Assembly (NCBI GenBank): GCA_028023455.1
Contig: JAQFVV010000001.1
Coordinates: 16,182,001 to 16,246,000, forward strand
DNA length: 64,000 nt
Source: Epiperipatus broadwayi
Taxonomy: Eukaryota; Animalia; Onychophora
Direction: 5' to 3'
A model generated the notes under the pieces. That model made no database searches. It was given only the letters and a program-made list of their open reading frames with translations, and had not been told where the DNA came from. Below, piece after piece: positions 60,601-64,000 of this stretch; position 1 is the first letter of the stretch, and each line of letters opens with the position of its first letter. The translations under genes were made by a program, and so were the position numbers.

Positions 60601-63600
60601 AGACTCATATTCCTTCTACACTCGGCAGTATAACTCACTTATAGATTTGATGTTTTATAGTTAAGAACTTCATCATATCCCACATGCTTCATTCCAATTA
60701 GTACCTTATTCTGATCACTTGGCCATGTTGATATCTCTCAACCTGTACCAGGTGCCTTTAACTATGTTACAACAGTCTAGAACCATCAGAATGCTAAACA
60801 AAGCCAACACTCCTGAGTGGATTTTCTTAGAAACCTATATTATGTTCCATAAGATAGGGCTTTTGACACTACCACCAGTCCATGCCTGGTCAGTCTTTAT
60901 GGGTGTGCTGAGTGGTCTAATTAACATCTTTACTGCATGCACCAAGGGAATTGGACATATTAGGCAACCAGGTTGCTCAGCTCTCAGCCATGGGAGCTAG
61001 TGTAAGGGAGATCATGAGTCTAAAAGGTCAATAGAGAGTAAGACAGAGGGTGCTAGCATAATTCATAGCAGTAAAGTGGGCCAAAGTACATCTGGAAGTG
61101 CAGCACAACTGGACACAAAGTTATCTCTGGTGGGCAATTAGTACCAGAAAGAGACCCATGTCCTCCATGATCATGGTAAACAAATACAGTTACACAGGAG
61201 AAGCGATGTTAGACAAAATCTACATGCATTTTAAGGATAAGCTGCAAAGTGAGCCATTCTGCATAGGAGAATTCTGGTGGGAGGAAGAGGTTGGTGATCA
61301 TGGAATATCACAAAATATCATAATGCAGAAGCTGCTGGATTACCTGAAAAAACACATCCTGGCCTGTATGGGATCCCAAGTTTGTTTTGGTCCACCTATA
61401 AAGGTTCACTGCACCTGTGGTACAGGGGGTAATTGGTATACTGGCAGGAAAGTACCACCCCATCCTTGACCTATATCTGATTGCCCTTGTACCTTCCTCA
61501 AAAAACAATCAAACCCACCTGATTTTGCAAACTTGCATCCAATATCTATGTCACCACTCTTGATTAAAACTGTCAAATCAATAATAAAAGACAAGATTCA
61601 GCAGCAGCTTTTTGAAAAGATTTCCAGGCATCAATTTGCCTGCAAAGGTCATTCCACTGGAGATGCTGTTCACAAGTTCATGGTAACACTCGATTACATC
61701 AGGGAGAAAAGAAAATCATTACCAGTGGTTGTCCAGCTGGACTTTGCAGTGGCCTTTGACTCCATGGTACCAGCTCAACTCTTCATAGTCCTCAGGTGCT
61801 ATGGAGTTCCGTTAGTTTATATTAACATCATTGCTAATTTGCTGCTCAATGGTAATATGTATGAGTCTTTAGGTGGCTCTCTTGCCCCTGGATTACAGCT
61901 ACACATCTCCATACCACATGGGTCACCACTTAGCACCCTGTGCTTCATAACATATATTGACCCCTTCTTGAAAGAAGTAAGAGAAAAGGCTGCCTGAAGT
62001 ATTTGTCCCAGTGCTGGGAGAGGTGATTCACCATATATCATACATAGATCATGTAACCATAATCCTCCCATCTGTGAAGCATCTTCCCCAGCTACACTTG
62101 CTTCTAGAACAATGTGCCATCAAGTACCATCTAAAAGTAAATCCAGCAAAAACAGCAGTCTGGAAGGCCAGCAGTGGCAAAACCATTACATCTACCTTCA
62201 CAGACACATCCCAAAATTTTCTGGGGCTGCCAGTGGCAATATCACAGTCAGAAAATGAGATGTCAGATAGAATCCATGACACTAGAAAAGTCCAGCAAGG
62301 TGGCTGGCACTTTATCCTCAATCTCCCTGTCTCTTGCAGGCAAGGTGACACTATTGAATATGCTAGTCTTCCCTAAATTGCATATTATCGACCATTTATC
62401 AAGCTGACCAAGACCTTCCAAAATAACATAGGATCACAGTGTACAAAAGTGCTATGGAAATCATCACCTGGTAGAATTGTTTGTATAAGCCTCAACAGAA
62501 TGAGAAAACCCAAGGACTTAAATGGTCTTGGTCTGCATGACATCCAGGTGCTATTCATGCAGGAGTACAACAGCTATTCTGAGGGTAACTAAAGATTTAG
62601 AAGGTAGGAACCAACATTCCCCTTCAGTTGAACCCACCGACACTCTGCCACCTAACAAAAACAGGTGGTTAGAAGATATGGAGGATCATGTAGCAGGGCT
62701 CATATCTGCCAAAGATCTTTTTGATACAAAGATTAAGTACTGGGATGCATACAAACATATGCATCCCTGTCAGCAGAGTAACACAGTCAGACTAGAATCA
62801 ACCTTAAAATTATTAATAAAAAAATCCAAATACTGGTAATTGGACATCAGGCTAGTAAATTTCATTATCAAATTTAATCTGGACACTCTTCTGACCAACC
62901 AATTCTTGGTAGATCATAGGGGATTTAAGAGCATTTCTCCCAACTGCCCATTATGTGACCAGGAGGATGAGGACATTGATCATCTTATTTCCCATTGTTC
63001 AAAACTCAGAGACCTGGAAATGAAATTGAGATCTAGTATTAGATCAGGATGGTCTCAGACATTGGTCATCAGCAAGACACTGAGAACTGAGGAATTTGTT
63101 ATAATCCGAATGGCAATCATGATTTTCTTTGCAAAGTGACAGACCAGGTGTCACAGTGTTTTTCAAGACAACTTGGCAAACCCATGGTTAGTCTTCAAGA
63201 AACACCTTTGCAGTCTGAAAAGCAGAGACTATCTTATAACATCACACAGACTGTATGCAGACATGTGAGAACAAATCGCTCTGGATGAGCCAACAATTAT
63301 ACCTCTTAAACTGACATCTAAGTTATAAAATGATTTGTCAACTGAAACTAGAAGAGTGAAAAGGAAATAAAGAAGAGACAAGAAAGAAGAATGAATAAAG
63401 ATAGAAAAAGGATAAGGACAAGAAGAATGAGGGAAAGAGGAAAGAACAATGATAATAGAAAACAGATAAAGCCAATTACCAAATGAAAAATGGCTGCTTG
63501 ATTTGACATGGTGTAATCAAAGACCAAGATAAAACATAAAGCTGCAGAAGATAAAAGAGATATGTAAATTCAAGTTGAATTGTAATCAATGTAAATAAAG
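57700..63600 (+). mobile_element. Decayed full-length Tx1-like LINE (ORF1 with CCHC knuckle, plus ORF2) related to the 32-35 kb element
   Basis: ORF1 remnants from 57732 include LLEKFGTI and QCFACGVHNHLVRTCP. ORF2 remnants include FGDFN, SDHL, LHPISM, QLDFAVAFDS, IPHGSPLS, YIDH, TKIKYWDAYK and CPLCDQEDEDIDHLISHC. The ends are approximate and no TSD was found. Confidence 0.9.
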
Positions 63601-64000
63601 ACTAAAACAAATGTAAATGAATAGAGCTGTAATCTAATGTAATCTCTAGAATCTGTATTCCAAAGATATTATCGATAGTTTGACATAATGTTGTAATCTA
63701 GCTACTTAAGTTTATATACATAAATTGAATATAATATTTGGAACATCAGCAGCTATAAATGTGAACTATCAAATCCTGTCATTATTTCTATAAATTCTAG
63801 GTCTCTATCATGTAAGCTGTTATAAATTTAATAATCCATATTAAATGACATTATCTGGTCTTACCTTGCCAAATGGTAAACAAATGCCATTGTAGTGTGT
63901 CTAAATTCTAGAAGCTCATGATATTGTAAATTTGTCTACATATCAGGATTGAGGACTGATTTTTAATTGCGATCCAAGAATCTTTCATAAATCTGTTTAG

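Noticed and set aside
49421-64000. Third MCT coding exon
   Set aside because: No segment encoding the expected G.G....P....YF..+R..A.G region with flanking splice sites was seen; it is probably beyond the window.

Overview
This is a very AT-rich, CpG-depleted animal genomic window, probably from an invertebrate; the species cannot be determined from the sequence. The one clear host gene is an SLC16/monocarboxylate-transporter-type MFS gene on the + strand, with coding exons at 43023-43272 and 49277-49420. I could not find its later exons, so they probably lie beyond the window. Most of the rest is transposon-derived: five or six RTE-clade LINE copies, two related Tx1/L1-type LINEs, Penelope-like element (PLE) remnants, a Merlin DNA transposon with TIRs and an 8-bp TSD, two hAT MITEs, a tRNA-Gly-derived SINE family and several foldback palindromes. 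The most notable feature, not visible in the ORF track, is a set of at least three and probably four families of non-coding repeats carrying minimal type I hammerhead-ribozyme (HHR) motifs (stem I-CUGANGA-stem II-GAAA-very short stem III-NUH-stem I). They are arranged as ~430-470 bp tandem units, tandem-plus-inverted arrays or palindromes, resembling retrozymes or PLE pseudo-LTRs. Everything was read by eye: the ends of decayed elements are approximate and ribozyme activity is predicted, not shown.
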